Source of the DNA: a virus
Taxonomy: Duplodnaviria; Heunggongvirae; Uroviricota; Caudoviricetes
IMG/VR virus record: IMGVR_UViG_3300028888_000043
Span: 73,756 to 137,755 of that record
Reading direction: 5' to 3' (one strand)
Length of the DNA stretch: 64,000 nt
Part shown: piece after piece, positions 37,682 to 50,300 of the stretch
Position numbering within the stretch: the stretch's first letter is position 1
Layout: each line of letters opens with the position of its first letter
Notes under the pieces: generated by a model
What the model saw: only the letters and a program-made list of their open reading frames with translations
Told to the model about the DNA's origin: nothing
Database searches by the model: none
Position numbers and translations under genes: made by a program

Positions 37682-39826
37682 TTATTCCTCACTCTTCTTT
37701 GCTTCATTATCTACATTAACATAATCATGATTTCTCATCTCTTTCAGTGTACTGATACTATTTGCAACCATTATATATGCCATCAATGAAACTCCAATTT
37801 TCTTTGTATCCAAACACTTTATAATCTTATCAACAAGGTACTTACTGTTCTTAACAAATGTCTTATCATTCAAAACTTTCTTACCAATCACCTTGAATGC
37901 CACATATGCGACATCAGGGTTTTCATATAACTCCTTGAGGTCATTAAGTTGTGCATTGTCAATGTTCTTGAAATCTATAAAATACTTATGCTTTGACTCA
38001 ATTGTATCCTTGACCTCTTCAAGACTGTCAATGATACCATCATCTATCTTCTCATCCTTTGACTTGTCAATTATATATTTCAGCTTCTCCATTTCTTTGT
38101 GAGTGAAATCATCCTTGTCTTCATAATCTGTACCAAGTGCCAATGAAATCATATCTTTCAATTTGATTTTCACATCCTTAATCTTTTCATCAAGTTCTTC
38201 CTTCTCGGTGTCAGACAAATCATAATCATCTTCACCCTCTTCAACAGATGGATCCGGAATATGTGAAACCTTTTTGGTCTTCTTCAGTTTCTTTTTTATC
38301 TTCTTTTCAAAAATATACTGATCAAAAGTATAGATTTTATTCTCTTTAATCTCATCATCAGGAAGAAGACAAGGGGCAATATAATCAATCAATGAATCAA
38401 TATATTCATAATATGCATCATTGAAAGGTGTATATATGGCGACCTGTAAAGTCTTGTCACATTTCTTCAACACTTCCGGATGAATGCTCAACCAGTTTTC
38501 AAACACTTCCTTCTTCTCATCATCCAGTTCATCAAACTTCTCATATGTCCAGTTCTTAGCATCAATCTTTGAGTCATCATACTTCCTCACCTCATCATCC
38601 TCATTACCTCCAAGTTCACCAATGTCAGTACCTTCAACAGACTTGAATATTTCAAGTCCATCAGACTCTATCTTCTGTCTTCCTTCAAGTTTCTCCTGGT
38701 ATTCCTTTTGACTTTTCTTTTCCTCCCTGGCCTTCTTTGCCGCAATCTTCTCTTCCTTGTTGGCAGCAAGAATCAGGTCAATCATCTTCTGCTGATTGGG
38801 AAGACTGAACACCTCTGTCATCTTTGCAAACTTATTATAGATGGAAGATGATACTGCATAGGCATGCTCTTCCGCTGCTGCAATAATCAACTCCGAATAA
38901 GTCTGAAGGTCAACCTCCTGCCCTGCAAGTTTACTCATTGATGTCTTGATGGAATCCAACTGCTTCTGGATATCATCCTGTGAATATTGTCTCAATGTTT
39001 CAAGAGACCTGGTATATGTATTGTTATACTGGTCAAGACAGTTATATGCATTATCAGCCTGCTGCATAACCTTCTCAGCTTTCATCTGTTGGTCAAAACG
39101 GTCTTTGGCGGCTTTCAACTGTAACTGCATTTCCTTGTATCCCCTCTTACCTTTCATCTTACCCTTGTCTCCAAAGAGCTCGGCATTCAGGTTTCCATAG
39201 AACTCTGAAATCTTTGAACTGGAATCATCTGCCTGTAAATAATCGGCACTCTGGAATCCCTTTGTGATGATGAGATTTTCAAACTGATCAAAGTTCAACT
39301 GTAACATAACAAGAGATTTCCTGATGGTGTTCTTCACTATATTGAAGAAATAATTATATCCCTTGTGAATCATCACGGCAGCCCTGAATGGAGTAAGAAG
39401 AATTCCAAAATAAGCAACGGATGCAATACCAACATTGGCGGTAAATCCTGTATAATCAATCTCACCCTCATCGATAAGTTCATTCAAATCCCAGGTGTTC
39501 TTCCTGGAGTTATCCAAAATCTTTCTTATGGCATCAAGGGTCTTTTGATTTTTTCCTTTTGTTACTTCACTCTTACTGTCAAGATTTTTCTCAATTGCAT
39601 CAAAACTATCATTGAGAGATTCAAGTCCTTCCTTGATACCATCCATAATGGTCTTACTCATTTCAATCTCATCCTGAAGTTCTGACCTCACCTTGCCGGT
39701 TGCCCTCCTGTTGAAGAACCCCCTGATACCTTTGTTGAGACTGCTCTTTTCATTGAGTACATTTTCATAAGCAATTACTTCAAGCTCCTGACCATTGTAC
39801 TCATTAAAACTCAATATATTATTCAT
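37682..39826 (-). CDS. large helical, acidic protein; possible internal head protein
   Basis: N-terminal ILSFNEY..E and internal IYTFDQYIFE; CATAAATA at 39847-39854. Confidence 0.65.
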   Translation of the reverse strand: MNNILSFNEYNGQELEVIAYENVLNEKSSLNKGIRGFFNRRATGKVRSELQDEIEMSKTIMDGIKEGLESLNDSFDAIEKNLDSKSEVTKGKNQKTLDAIRKILDNSRKNTWDLNELIDEGEIDYTGFTANVGIASVAYFGILLTPFRAAVMIHKGYNYFFNIVKNTIRKSLVMLQLNFDQFENLIITKGFQSADYLQADDSSSKISEFYGNLNAELFGDKGKMKGKRGYKEMQLQLKAAKDRFDQQMKAEKVMQQADNAYNCLDQYNNTYTRSLETLRQYSQDDIQKQLDSIKTSMSKLAGQEVDLQTYSELIIAAAEEHAYAVSSSIYNKFAKMTEVFSLPNQQKMIDLILAANKEEKIAAKKAREEKKSQKEYQEKLEGRQKIESDGLEIFKSVEGTDIGELGGNEDDEVRKYDDSKIDAKNWTYEKFDELDDEKKEVFENWLSIHPEVLKKCDKTLQVAIYTPFNDAYYEYIDSLIDYIAPCLLPDDEIKENKIYTFDQYIFEKKIKKKLKKTKKVSHIPDPSVEEGEDDYDLSDTEKEELDEKIKDVKIKLKDMISLALGTDYEDKDDFTHKEMEKLKYIIDKSKDEKIDDGIIDSLEEVKDTIESKHKYFIDFKNIDNAQLNDLKELYENPDVAYVAFKVIGKKVLNDKTFVKNSKYLVDKIIKCLDTKKIGVSLMAYIMVANSISTLKEMRNHDYVNVDNEAKKSEE

Positions 39827-39873
39827 AAGTAGATACTATTATAAGGTATTTATGAAAAATGGTGACCATCAAG

Positions 39874-40080
39874 TCACCATTTACTTTCAGGACATTTCTC
39901 CGTTGACATCTTCGCTTTCTTTGTCACATAGCAACCACAAACACCGCAAGTCCAGTTATCTTCCTTGAAATCCTTGCATCTCTCACACATATACAGTCTA
40001 ACCATATACTGGGAGAAATTGACTCTGTTACCATACAGGATGTATCTCCACAGTGCCTTTATGAATCTGAATATCCTCAT
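39874..40080 (-). CDS. small Cys-rich protein (DUF6171-like)
   Basis: RLYMCERC...CGVCGCYVTKK...CPESKW. Confidence 0.7.
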   Translation of the reverse strand: MRIFRFIKALWRYILYGNRVNFSQYMVRLYMCERCKDFKEDNWTCGVCGCYVTKKAKMSTEKCPESKW

Positions 40081-40376
40081 AGGTTCTGTGTGAAAAATTT
40101 AAAGTCCTCAAAATCACTGATACAAATTGTAAAAGCGGGTTCACCATTCTGGGCAAGAATGTCAAACTCATAGATGGGATATTCATCAGTATCTGAATCA
40201 GAATCATCAGTTGCGGTCCTTATACTTCCTTCACATATATAAGTCATCTTAAACCACTGTTTCGGATGCCTACCATTAATAATAGTATTTGGATCCTCAA
40301 ACTCATGGATGAAATTGTCTCCTTCTATCCTGAATCCCTGTTCCTTGAACTCTTTCTTTAACTCTTCAAATGTCAT
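40077..40376 (-). CDS. hypothetical protein
   Basis: 13-mer at 40381-40393, 4 nt before ATG. Confidence 0.7.
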   Translation of the reverse strand: MTFEELKKEFKEQGFRIEGDNFIHEFEDPNTIINGRHPKQWFKMTYICEGSIRTATDDSDSDTDEYPIYEFDILAQNGEPAFTICISDFEDFKFFTQNL

Positions 40377-40393
40377 ACATTAAATATAACAAA

Positions 40394-40963
40394 TTACTTC
40401 CTCATCTTACTTATGAACTCCTGCTGGACTTCCCGGATAGTCCCGTTCATATAATGATCTTCATCACAGTACTTTCCAAGAATCTTATACACACCGCTGA
40501 AAGGTAATGAGTATATCTTCCTGGTGTTCTCTATCTTGTATCTCTTGATGGCATTCTTGATAGGAAGCATAGTCATTGACCTGCACAGGTTCTCATAGTT
40601 GAAACTTTTCATCCAGGACTGCTTATCAGCATCTTTCACATATGTGTAGTTGTCTATATTATCAAGTATCTCCCTCTTGTAAATATTGAAGAACATCTCC
40701 ACAAATCTCCTGCGGACCTGGACCGGCATCACACACAAATCAACACACAGGAAAGAATCAGGATCCTTCTTGCTGATACCCATACTTATGATGACCGGCC
40801 TGGTATTGTATCTGTCCTTTGTCTTGGCAGAATACTCCAACACATAGAACCTTCCAGGATAGAGAACAATACTGTTGCTTTCAAGGAAATCCTTCCTTGG
40901 ATCAACCACCCCATCAGTCTTTTCAAAGTAATCAGACCATTCAAGAATATTGTATTTTTCCAT
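40394..40963 (-). CDS. possible DNA end-protector (T4 gp2-like) protein
   Basis: PGRFYVLEY.AK...Y..RP...FLCVDLCVMP..VR...AIKRY pattern resembles gp2-like proteins; start moved to ATG 40963; CATAAATA at 41000-41007. Confidence 0.45.
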   Translation of the reverse strand: MEKYNILEWSDYFEKTDGVVDPRKDFLESNSIVLYPGRFYVLEYSAKTKDRYNTRPVIISMGISKKDPDSFLCVDLCVMPVQVRRRFVEMFFNIYKREILDNIDNYTYVKDADKQSWMKSFNYENLCRSMTMLPIKNAIKRYKIENTRKIYSLPFSGVYKILGKYCDEDHYMNGTIREVQQEFISKMRK

Positions 40964-41004
40964 CTGTTTTTTGTTATTTTTACAACAGTTATACAAGAAT
41001 ATTT

Positions 41005-42726
41005 ATGGCTAAAACCCTAAAAGAAATAATCCAAAGCAGTAATGATATCTACTCCATCAAAGTGGATAAACCTTCTGGAAAAGAGCGACATAACAGTTCC
41101 AACTGGAAGTACAGGATGAATGATCCAAGATGGACAGACCCTGCCTTTGATGAGTATACATTCAAGACAGTTCACTTGAGAAGAGAGAACGGGTTCTTCC
41201 TTGCATATAAAAGTGATGACTCCAATGCTTATTTTGTAGACCCTAAAAGGTCTATGTACAGGAACAGTGTCATCAAATATGTCAGTAACCTTGTTGAGTA
41301 TTCAATGAAGACCAATGACATCTCCAGGACAAAGAATGAACCATCATTCAGAATCACACAGGGTGAGATGAAACACAACAAGATTGACAACTTCCTTGAC
41401 CTCTGTTTCACTTACAGGGATTATACCGCAATCGGTACAGGATACACCAGGGATGTCAGGAATCTTGTTGTGATGGACATTGATGTGGATTGTACCAAAC
41501 CAGACAACAGAATGGAAATAAAGAACCTCCTTGACCTCCTGGCTGGTTATGATTCACTTCCTGACTTCTATATATTCAACCATGAATCCAATCACATACA
41601 GTTGCAGTGGCTCATCAAGGATTTACAGTACAAGGATGTGAGTGAAGATGTAGTAACAGCTGTCATCAATGACCTCAACAATGACCCTGACAAGAACAAG
41701 GAGATTGATTTCAGGAAGATAGACTTCTCGGAGATTTCAGAACTTGGCGTCCTTTACAGGAAATACATCCGGGCACTCTGTGACATTGTGAAGAAAAGGA
41801 AATTTGGTGACAAGAACTATACCTTCTGGAAAGCGAAGAACCCTATGTCTGCACTGGCACAGGTGGAGAACCTGGAACTGATGATGCCTTATTATGAAGA
41901 TGGAGAAGTGAAGTTCAGGACAGACGAGGAGATGAATATGATGTTCTTCACCAAGGATGCCAGGAAGAAATACTTTGACAATGCACCTACACTTTCCGAA
42001 TGGTATTCCAAGTTGTCGGAACTGATGGACCCACTCGTTGACAAGATTACAGACAAGAAGGTGATGAAGATTGACGATGCGAAAGACATCACTGAAATCA
42101 AGGAAACAGTAAAGACAGAGAAGAAAAAATCTGACAGTGACTGTGGTGAATCAAGAAACAATTTTGTGATTGAATACACAAGGTATGTCGCATCAAGACT
42201 GGCAAAAGAATATGGGTGCAGAAAAATGGAAGACTTCAAAAAAATGTCACATGAGACTTTCAACACATTCAAGAAAGAAGTATATTCCAGAGTTTATCAG
42301 AAGTTCAAGGAAAAAGATGAAGGTTATGGTGGAGTGTGGCCTGGTACCACCAACATATCAAAATTCACCAACAGTGAGTTCAAGAAAGCATTTGACTCTT
42401 CATTCACATATGTAATCCAGAACAACAATGACTATGCTTCATATACCGATGAGAACAGAAAACACTCTCAACTATTGAGGAAATGGAAGAGTGATTTGAA
42501 ACTCATTGTAGTTGACAACATAAGGAGACATAATACCAAAATCACCAGGAAAGAACTTCTAAATGAGGCAAACAAGTATCTCCAGAAGATATACATCAGC
42601 AAGATTTCAATGGGAAGTCTCAAACGGTTCATAGCGGAATCAAAGGAATTGACAGATGAACAAAGGGTGGATCTTAATGACAAACTAAATGTAAGAAAGG
42701 AAAGGATAGAGGAAAGGAATTCATAA
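41005..42726 (+). CDS. replicase-like protein with AEP primase-type domain
   Basis: RNLVVMDID and FNHESNHIQLQWLI resemble ColE2-type Rep/Replicase AEP motifs; basic helical C-terminus; start moved to ATG 41005. Confidence 0.55.
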   Translation: MAKTLKEIIQSSNDIYSIKVDKPSGKERHNSSNWKYRMNDPRWTDPAFDEYTFKTVHLRRENGFFLAYKSDDSNAYFVDPKRSMYRNSVIKYVSNLVEYSMKTNDISRTKNEPSFRITQGEMKHNKIDNFLDLCFTYRDYTAIGTGYTRDVRNLVVMDIDVDCTKPDNRMEIKNLLDLLAGYDSLPDFYIFNHESNHIQLQWLIKDLQYKDVSEDVVTAVINDLNNDPDKNKEIDFRKIDFSEISELGVLYRKYIRALCDIVKKRKFGDKNYTFWKAKNPMSALAQVENLELMMPYYEDGEVKFRTDEEMNMMFFTKDARKKYFDNAPTLSEWYSKLSELMDPLVDKITDKKVMKIDDAKDITEIKETVKTEKKKSDSDCGESRNNFVIEYTRYVASRLAKEYGCRKMEDFKKMSHETFNTFKKEVYSRVYQKFKEKDEGYGGVWPGTTNISKFTNSEFKKAFDSSFTYVIQNNNDYASYTDENRKHSQLLRKWKSDLKLIVVDNIRRHNTKITRKELLNEANKYLQKIYISKISMGSLKRFIAESKELTDEQRVDLNDKLNVRKERIEERNS

Positions 42727-42770
42727 ATATATAGATGGGTAGAATGATCTGAAATGGTCATTTTACCTTT

Positions 42771-42783
42771 TTTGTTATATTTA
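42771..42783 (+). promoter_or_regulatory. 13-mer TTTGTTATATTTA upstream of uvsW
   Basis: Exact copy 4 nt before ATG 42788. Confidence 0.65.
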
Positions 42784-42787
42784 TATT

Positions 42788-44281
42788 ATGAAATTGCATA
42801 TTGATGAGACACAGGAATATCTTGTCATAGATGAATGTACACAGGTTGAATACAACCAATTGTGCATCTCCTATAACAAAGATGTCAAGAATGCCAGGTT
42901 CTCCCCCAACTATAAGAATGGGAGCTGGGATGGGAAGATAAACTTCCTCAAAGGAAGGTATCTGCCTGCCTCATCATATAACTACCTGTTCAAGATATGT
43001 GAAGAATTTGGTTTCCATTGTGAGATAGAGAACCTTGATGTCCTCTTTGACAATGACATTGACTATGATGAGTTCAAGGAATGGTGTGATGATTTCTTCA
43101 AGGACAATGAGAAGAGACCGAGATACTACCAGATAGATGCAGCTTACAAGGGACTCAAATACAGGAGGTGCATGCTTCAACTGGCAACCTCCGCCGGCAA
43201 GACGTACATTGCTTTTATAATGTTTGCCTGGCTTCTTACACACAGGAATGTCAAGAAGATAATGATGGTAGTTCCAAAAGTGGATTTGGTACTCCAACCA
43301 ACAGCAGACTTCACTGAATACAACAATGGAAAATTGGACATAAAGATCCAGCAGATATTCTCCGGTTGTAAGGTGACCCCAGATGCCAATATCTATATAG
43401 GTACTTACCAGTCTCTCTGTAAGGAATGTGCAGAATTCTTCAGTCAGTTTGATGTAGTTCTTACTGATGAAGTACATCTCGCCTGTTCCGCATCGCAGAT
43501 AAAGATTATGGATATGTGTAAGTTCCCTTACCGCATAGGTCTCTCCGGAACCATCCCAGTCACAAAGTATGCAGATGGTCTCACCCTTGTCTCCAACTTC
43601 GGACCGGTCCTGGTTGACATCAAGGCAAAACAACTCCAAGAAGAAGGGTACATCTCCAACTGTAAGATAACACAGGTAAGACTGGATTACACATCAGACA
43701 AACAGAAAGATGCATTCAAGGAGGCCAAGAAAAACCTGGTGAAAGTTGGGAAGGGTAAGGATATGTACCAACTTGAAAACAAGTTTGTCAATGAGAGTGA
43801 AAGAAGATTCTATATCATTACCAAACTTATATCAGGAACAAAACAGAACACAATGGTTCTCTTCAAGGATATTGAGTATGGTAAGAAAATATTCAAGTGG
43901 TTGAAAGAAAATACCACCAAGATGGTATATTATATAGATGGACAGATTGACAAGAAAGTCCGTGAGGAAATCAGGAAGAGAATGGAAATAAAGGATGATG
44001 TAGTCCTTGTTGCAAGTTTCGGTACATCATCAACGGGTATCAGTATCAACAAGATATTCAACATCTTCTTTGTCAGCAGTTACAAGTCCATCTCCACAGT
44101 CCTGCAAAGTATAGGTCGTGGTTTGAGAAAGAGTGAGAAAATCAACAAGGACTTTGTGAATATCTATGACATTTCAGATGACCTCTACTCTGGATGCTAT
44201 GAGATGGCACATGCAAGGGAGAGAATCAAGATATATGAGGGACAGGGATTCCCTTATGAGGTAAAGAAACTCAAGATGTAA
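42788..44281 (+). CDS. uvsW: UvsW-like SF2 DNA helicase
   Basis: PRYYQIDA, LATSAGKT, DEVH, GLSGT, STGISI, LQSIGRGLR, HARERIKIY. Confidence 0.92.
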   Translation: MKLHIDETQEYLVIDECTQVEYNQLCISYNKDVKNARFSPNYKNGSWDGKINFLKGRYLPASSYNYLFKICEEFGFHCEIENLDVLFDNDIDYDEFKEWCDDFFKDNEKRPRYYQIDAAYKGLKYRRCMLQLATSAGKTYIAFIMFAWLLTHRNVKKIMMVVPKVDLVLQPTADFTEYNNGKLDIKIQQIFSGCKVTPDANIYIGTYQSLCKECAEFFSQFDVVLTDEVHLACSASQIKIMDMCKFPYRIGLSGTIPVTKYADGLTLVSNFGPVLVDIKAKQLQEEGYISNCKITQVRLDYTSDKQKDAFKEAKKNLVKVGKGKDMYQLENKFVNESERRFYIITKLISGTKQNTMVLFKDIEYGKKIFKWLKENTTKMVYYIDGQIDKKVREEIRKRMEIKDDVVLVASFGTSSTGISINKIFNIFFVSSYKSISTVLQSIGRGLRKSEKINKDFVNIYDISDDLYSGCYEMAHARERIKIYEGQGFPYEVKKLKM

Positions 44282-44285
44282 AAGA

Positions 44286-44312
44286 AAAACCCAGGAGTGA
44301 ATCCTGGGTTTT
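44286..44312. terminator. bidirectional terminator
   Basis: aaaacccagga/tcctgggtttt between convergent genes. Confidence 0.8.
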
Positions 44313-44320
44313 CTCTGTTA

Positions 44321-47300
44321 TTAACCTTGATTTGGATTGATAATTCTATATCTATAATCACTGTTTGGTTCAAGGTTCTGATTGGTAATATTATATATCT
44401 GCTGATAGTTTCCAAGAGTTATTGTATCACCATCATTGAACATATATCTATAGAACCAGGATATTTCAGAACCATGTGAAATAAGTACCTTTGGAGCATC
44501 TGATATATTTCCAGCAGGAATATACTGAAGTTGTGGCAATATGATGTTCCTACCAAAACCAAGATTGTAATTAATAATTGTAGAACCATTGGTCTGTGTG
44601 AATCTACCACCATCAATACCTATATCAAATACCCTACCATTCAACAGAACAACCAAAGAACCATTGATGAAGTTGTCAACATTAGGATAGTTGTAGTTGT
44701 TTACAGGAATACTTATCATACAACCACAATCTGTAAGTTTACCTGTCCTGACATCTCTCTTACCACAAAGGTCAAGCATAACATTGAACATACCATCCAT
44801 CTTCTGATCCCAAAGAGTCCTTCCAACATTCTCATATTCATTCCACCACTTATAAGCATAATTCCTATCATTGGTTGAGAATACACGACTGTTCTTTGTC
44901 TTGAAATCAATATCCTGTGTATCTGTTATGAATGGGCTACTCATATTGTTGACATTTCTCCAAACAATACTTTCATCAACAGTGAAGAAGTACTGTGTGT
45001 AATATGGCCACAGGTCAGGTCTTGCATCTGGTGAGAAGTTCTTGTCAAAGTATTCACCAGAAGGCCAATCTATACCCTTTTCTGAAAGTTCATTCCTATA
45101 CATGTTTATCTGATCAGGGAGATTATACCTGAATGTGAATGCCTCCTGGAGATTACTGTTTACTGTATATCCCTGTGGAACATACACAAATTGACTCTTA
45201 CTATATTCATTATCAGTAATAGGATACCTTCTCCTCAATTCACCATTAGCATTCCTGAATAATACAACAGCATCATTATCAGATGAACCATTAAGAGTAT
45301 AGACTGTTACATCATCTGCACTTGAAGGAATAGTAATAGTCTCATTGTCAATAGGAATGTTCTGAATCATTGTAAGATAATCAGCATTATTTGCTGTATC
45401 CTTGTTATAATGGTAAATCAAGTTAGGCATAATGTTTACATTCATAAACATATTGTTGAGTTTACTGTTATAACAATTCTTCAACAAATGCTGTGGAATG
45501 ACACCCACAATATTTGTGTCACTGAAAACTCTTGTGAGTTCACAATCATTCCTACAAGCATACAATATATCAGGAGGTAAGCAACAATAAGTAGGATATA
45601 CATTGAAATCATTAGTAACATATGGGAAGTTACCACCTGTTGTGTTCTGATACATTGACAAATCATCAAACAGGTTATGATTGTTGATGATTGTATCTGA
45701 TGCAACAACCCTGATACTACTTACATAATTTGTAAAGTTATTGAAGGTATCTGTATATTCTGTTGGTTCAGTAATATGATATTCAACATATCTACCACCT
45801 TCATACTTATAATATGTATCATAAGTATTGTTGTTACTATCAACAACCTGATCTCTTTCAGGTATCAAATCCTGATTGTCATCATTGATATCAAACCAAC
45901 ACTTGCACTTCTCAAACTTGGCACCTCCAAAACAATTATACATATTGTTGATAAGTGTTGAGTTATTGTATCCATATCTCTTCAATGTTGCCCTTGTATG
46001 GATGTCACCAACATAAACATCCTCATCTCTCAACTTCACCCTCTTACAGAAGAAGTCATATGTGAGCATATGATCAAAGTACACATTGGCAAATGTGTTT
46101 GACATAGATACAACATTAGGAAGATTCTCAAAGAATGAACGCCTTATCTTCAAAGGAATTTCAATATCACCAGCCCAGCACTGATAGAACAGAGAATCAA
46201 TATTTGTAATATTTGCCATCATTCCACCAAGTTTGATTTCATATCCAGCCTGGTAATCCTCAATAGTACAATAACTGAATATATTTGAAAGTCTCTCAAT
46301 GTTCCTGTAATTATGAAGGACATTCATAATCCTTTCAAAGTTTGCCTGTGTAATTCTCTTCTTGACAGAGAATCCAGGCATAAGATTACTTGATGTTGTA
46401 AACAAGGCATTCATACCAAACAGTGACTCATTCTCCCAGTTGAAGAACTCAAACAGGTCTATGACATAATTCAAACTATCCATAGAACCAGTATGGTTGA
46501 ATGAATCAACTATACTTGCCAGTTTTGTACAAGGTTTCAACATCTTATCTATCTTGGCCCTGGACAAGTCAGAATTCAAGAATGAATTCAAAACCTTCAA
46601 GTTAGGACACACCTCAAACATATGTGTGTAGTCAACCCACTGTACTGGATTGATTGAGAAGTTGTTGAATGATTCAATCCTTGTAAATGGTATATACTCA
46701 TCATTCTCATCATATCCAGTATATGTTGAAGTATCTCCATCACCAACCTTCTTAGGGAACAGAATGTCAACAACATTAAGTCTCTCATCCGGTTCTGTAT
46801 CATCACTACAAAGGATGTCATTGTAATGAGCAGGATCACTGTCTTTTACAGTGAGAATCATTATGGAGAAGTCTGTGATACGATATGAGATGTGCCTGAA
46901 TGCATCCTTTGATATTGTCAATTCACCACTACCAATAAACTCATTCCAGGCCAATACATTATCTGCATCATTGTTGTTTCTACTGTCTGGAAGATTCAAC
47001 AATGAAGCGGACATATACTTGACACCAGTACCATAGTACATCATTGATATATCATCAAGAGCAGTGAAAGTACTCATATCTGGAAGTGTAAAACTACCTC
47101 CATCATAGAATATACCTGTCTGTCTATTGAAGCAACCATTAAGTGATTCAATATTGGCACGGCGATCTTTTGGAAGTTGTCCTTCATTTGGATCAATAAC
47201 ATAACTTACCTGACTTCTGTCAGTGATAATATAATCATCACCAATGTAAGCATCATCAAGACCATCAACTCCACCGACACAATTATTGATGAAGTAAGCA

Positions 47301-50300
47301 GCCTCATTCATTCTCATAAGTCCATTGTTTACTTTCTGACCCCATTCATTTGTATATGGTTCAGAAATATAACTTGACCTTATTGATGAATCGGTCTTAT
47401 TGAATGTACCTGCCAATGATGTACAATCAGCACTTACACACATCTTTGTTCTTTTGAGTTTATCATAAGTATATGAATTACCACTCAATGTTCTGATGTC
47501 CACACCATTTGTTGATGTTGTAGATGCCCAACTCTGCATCATACCATATTTTGGAGATTTCCAGAATGTACTATCCTGGGTAATCTCAATGATGGAATTT
47601 TGACCAGTAGTGTCAATAAACTCAAGGTTTAGATTTGATTTGAAAGAATCAATGGAAACCTTATGATTAGGCATCTTGATAACCTCAACACCACTACATC
47701 CAGATACACCCAAAACCTTCAGGTTATCATATGTCCTGAAATCAAACACACCATTTCTGTCTGAATTGAATTTCCTCAATATCTTTTGAGGCGTTCCATC
47801 AGCATTGGTGTATTCTGGAACATCAATAATAATCTTTTCACACACCTTCTCTATATCAGTAATCATAAGGGTTTCAAGATTTGGACAACCAGTAACAACA
47901 ATACTCTTGAATCCAGATACTGTCAATGATGACAATAAGGTATCACCTCTGATTTCAAGAGAAGCATCCTTACCAAGGGCGGCATCAAAACTCATTGTTT
48001 GTATCTTTGTGTTCTGAAGTTTGAACTTACCAGAGACACCATTCAAACTCAATGTATTCAAAGTTGTAGGCTTCTCTTCTGTACCTGAAATAACACAATT
48101 GTCACCAACCAATGGACAGTCTGACACTGTTATTGTTCCAGTAGGATTGTTAACAGATGCTATTTTAAGTGTCTGTAAATTCCTTAATCCTGACCAAGAA
48201 CCCTGAAGTCCGGATTTTGACACGTCCAATGTATGAATAGCCTGACCATTAAGACCTGTGTTATCTATAACCAAACGTCCTGTAAATGTAGGTATGTCAA
48301 ACTTTATGTTCTTTACAGAAGTTGAAGTTATGTTGAATTCAGCAGATATAGGCGGCATTGCATTTCCACCATATTTAATCTCTTCAATGTTGTTTGAAAC
48401 AATCTGATAAGCATCAGTAAGGAATGGTTCAACAATACTCAAATTGGAGAACTCCTTTGATCCCAAAAATCTGTATGCCTCTGACTGCTTTACATTGACT
48501 GTAATAGTATTAGGTAAATCTGTTCCTGCACAGAGAAGGAATATTTCATTTGAACTACCCCTGTTGATGATGAATGGAGTATTCATTGGAGCATATACAT
48601 CAACACCAAGGGCATTACTTGACATAAGTGCAGTTTTCTTGTTTGGTGTTGAGAACATATCTGACAAAATAATGATATCATTATTCTGTGCCAATGTGTT
48701 CAACAATGAACTGTCAGCTCTTGGAATACTGTAACCACCACCAATAGAAATACCAATGTTCTGTACATTGAACATAACATCCAGGAAGTGTAGTCTCTTA
48801 TTCAACCAGGTCTTCACCTTTTCAATACGGGTACCATTGAATGAACTTTCATTTGCCAAATACCTGACTTCACTTTCAACACCTTCATCAGTAATAATTG
48901 TACCTTTATAAAGATACTTCACCTGATAGTTTAATGATGTAAGATATGCAGGAATCTTACCAATACCAGATGAGAAGTACTTATTCATAAAGTAATCTGC
49001 ATTACAGAGCTGACCTGACAACTCATCATTCTCATCATTCTTTGGCTGTCTCAATTTAGCCCAGAACTGTTGAGGATAATTAGTAAGTATCAAACCATTG
49101 TCAGCATCCAGTTCACTCAGAATGGCCTGGGCATACTTTGCAATTGCAAACAGGTAACTTGAAGGATAGTCAAATCCCTTACCAACTGAATTATCCCAGT
49201 AGTCATAGTTGATATCAACAGGTTCTACATATCCATTACTGTTGTTAGAATGCCAGAAGTCTGTTGCTGCCAAATATGATACATCCTCACCACCAGCATT
49301 GTTTTCACCAAAGGCGCAGTCCATATCATAGAACGCTATGTAACACTTCTTACCATTCCAGGACTTGATGTTCATATTCTTTAAGATTGAGTCAACCAGA
49401 CCAAATGCCATACAGATTGTATAGTATTCAGCAGCGGATGTGAAATCAAGGTACTCATAATCATCATGTGTAATACCTTCCAAATCTGTTTTAGATATAC
49501 ACTGTAACAGGTTTTCAATGTTACCTCTCATAGTGTCGAAAGTGATATCACTCTTCTCTTCCCACACTCTTTGGTTTCCTTCATAATGGAACTGCCAAGC
49601 AATATCAGGTACATACTCTTTGAACTTATGGTTTTCACCCGGGACCGGTTCAACAGAATACCTGTCAACACATTCATCAGAATTATCTGCCTTACTTGGT
49701 TTAGTATATTTACCAATATTAGCAAAACAATATGTTCCAGCCTTGGCAACAGACCTGACAAAATTCTTTAGAGTGTTTTTTGCTGCACCAATATTTCCTG
49801 CTGTAATTTTTTTATCTTTACCAAACATCCTGGTTATATCACTTCCAGCACCCTGATCTGGTTGGAACAATACTGTATCATCATACTGGTGGAAGTCAAA
49901 TTGTGCAAAGTTCTCTTGAACTTCACCAATTGCCAAAGTTGAAATAACTTCACCAGTACCTACCGAGAATGAGAAATTTGAATCACCAGATTTTTGAATA
50001 TGACTGATCATATCTGTCATATCGGCAGCAGTATGATATCCCAAGTTATAATATGAATCACGACCCATATTGAAGTTATACACACCAAAGTAATATACCT
50101 TTTCAGTATCTCCTGTTCCAACCTTTAAATACATCAAAACAGGAAATCCTTCAAGTGTATTCTTAATAAATGGTTTAACTTCTGCTGGTAATGTCAAACT
50201 GTTACTGAATCTTGTACAAGTATGATTTACAAACATACCAACAGCAGTATTATTTGCATGGGCAGAGTCAGCAATATCAGCTTTCAAAGTCCACACTCTT

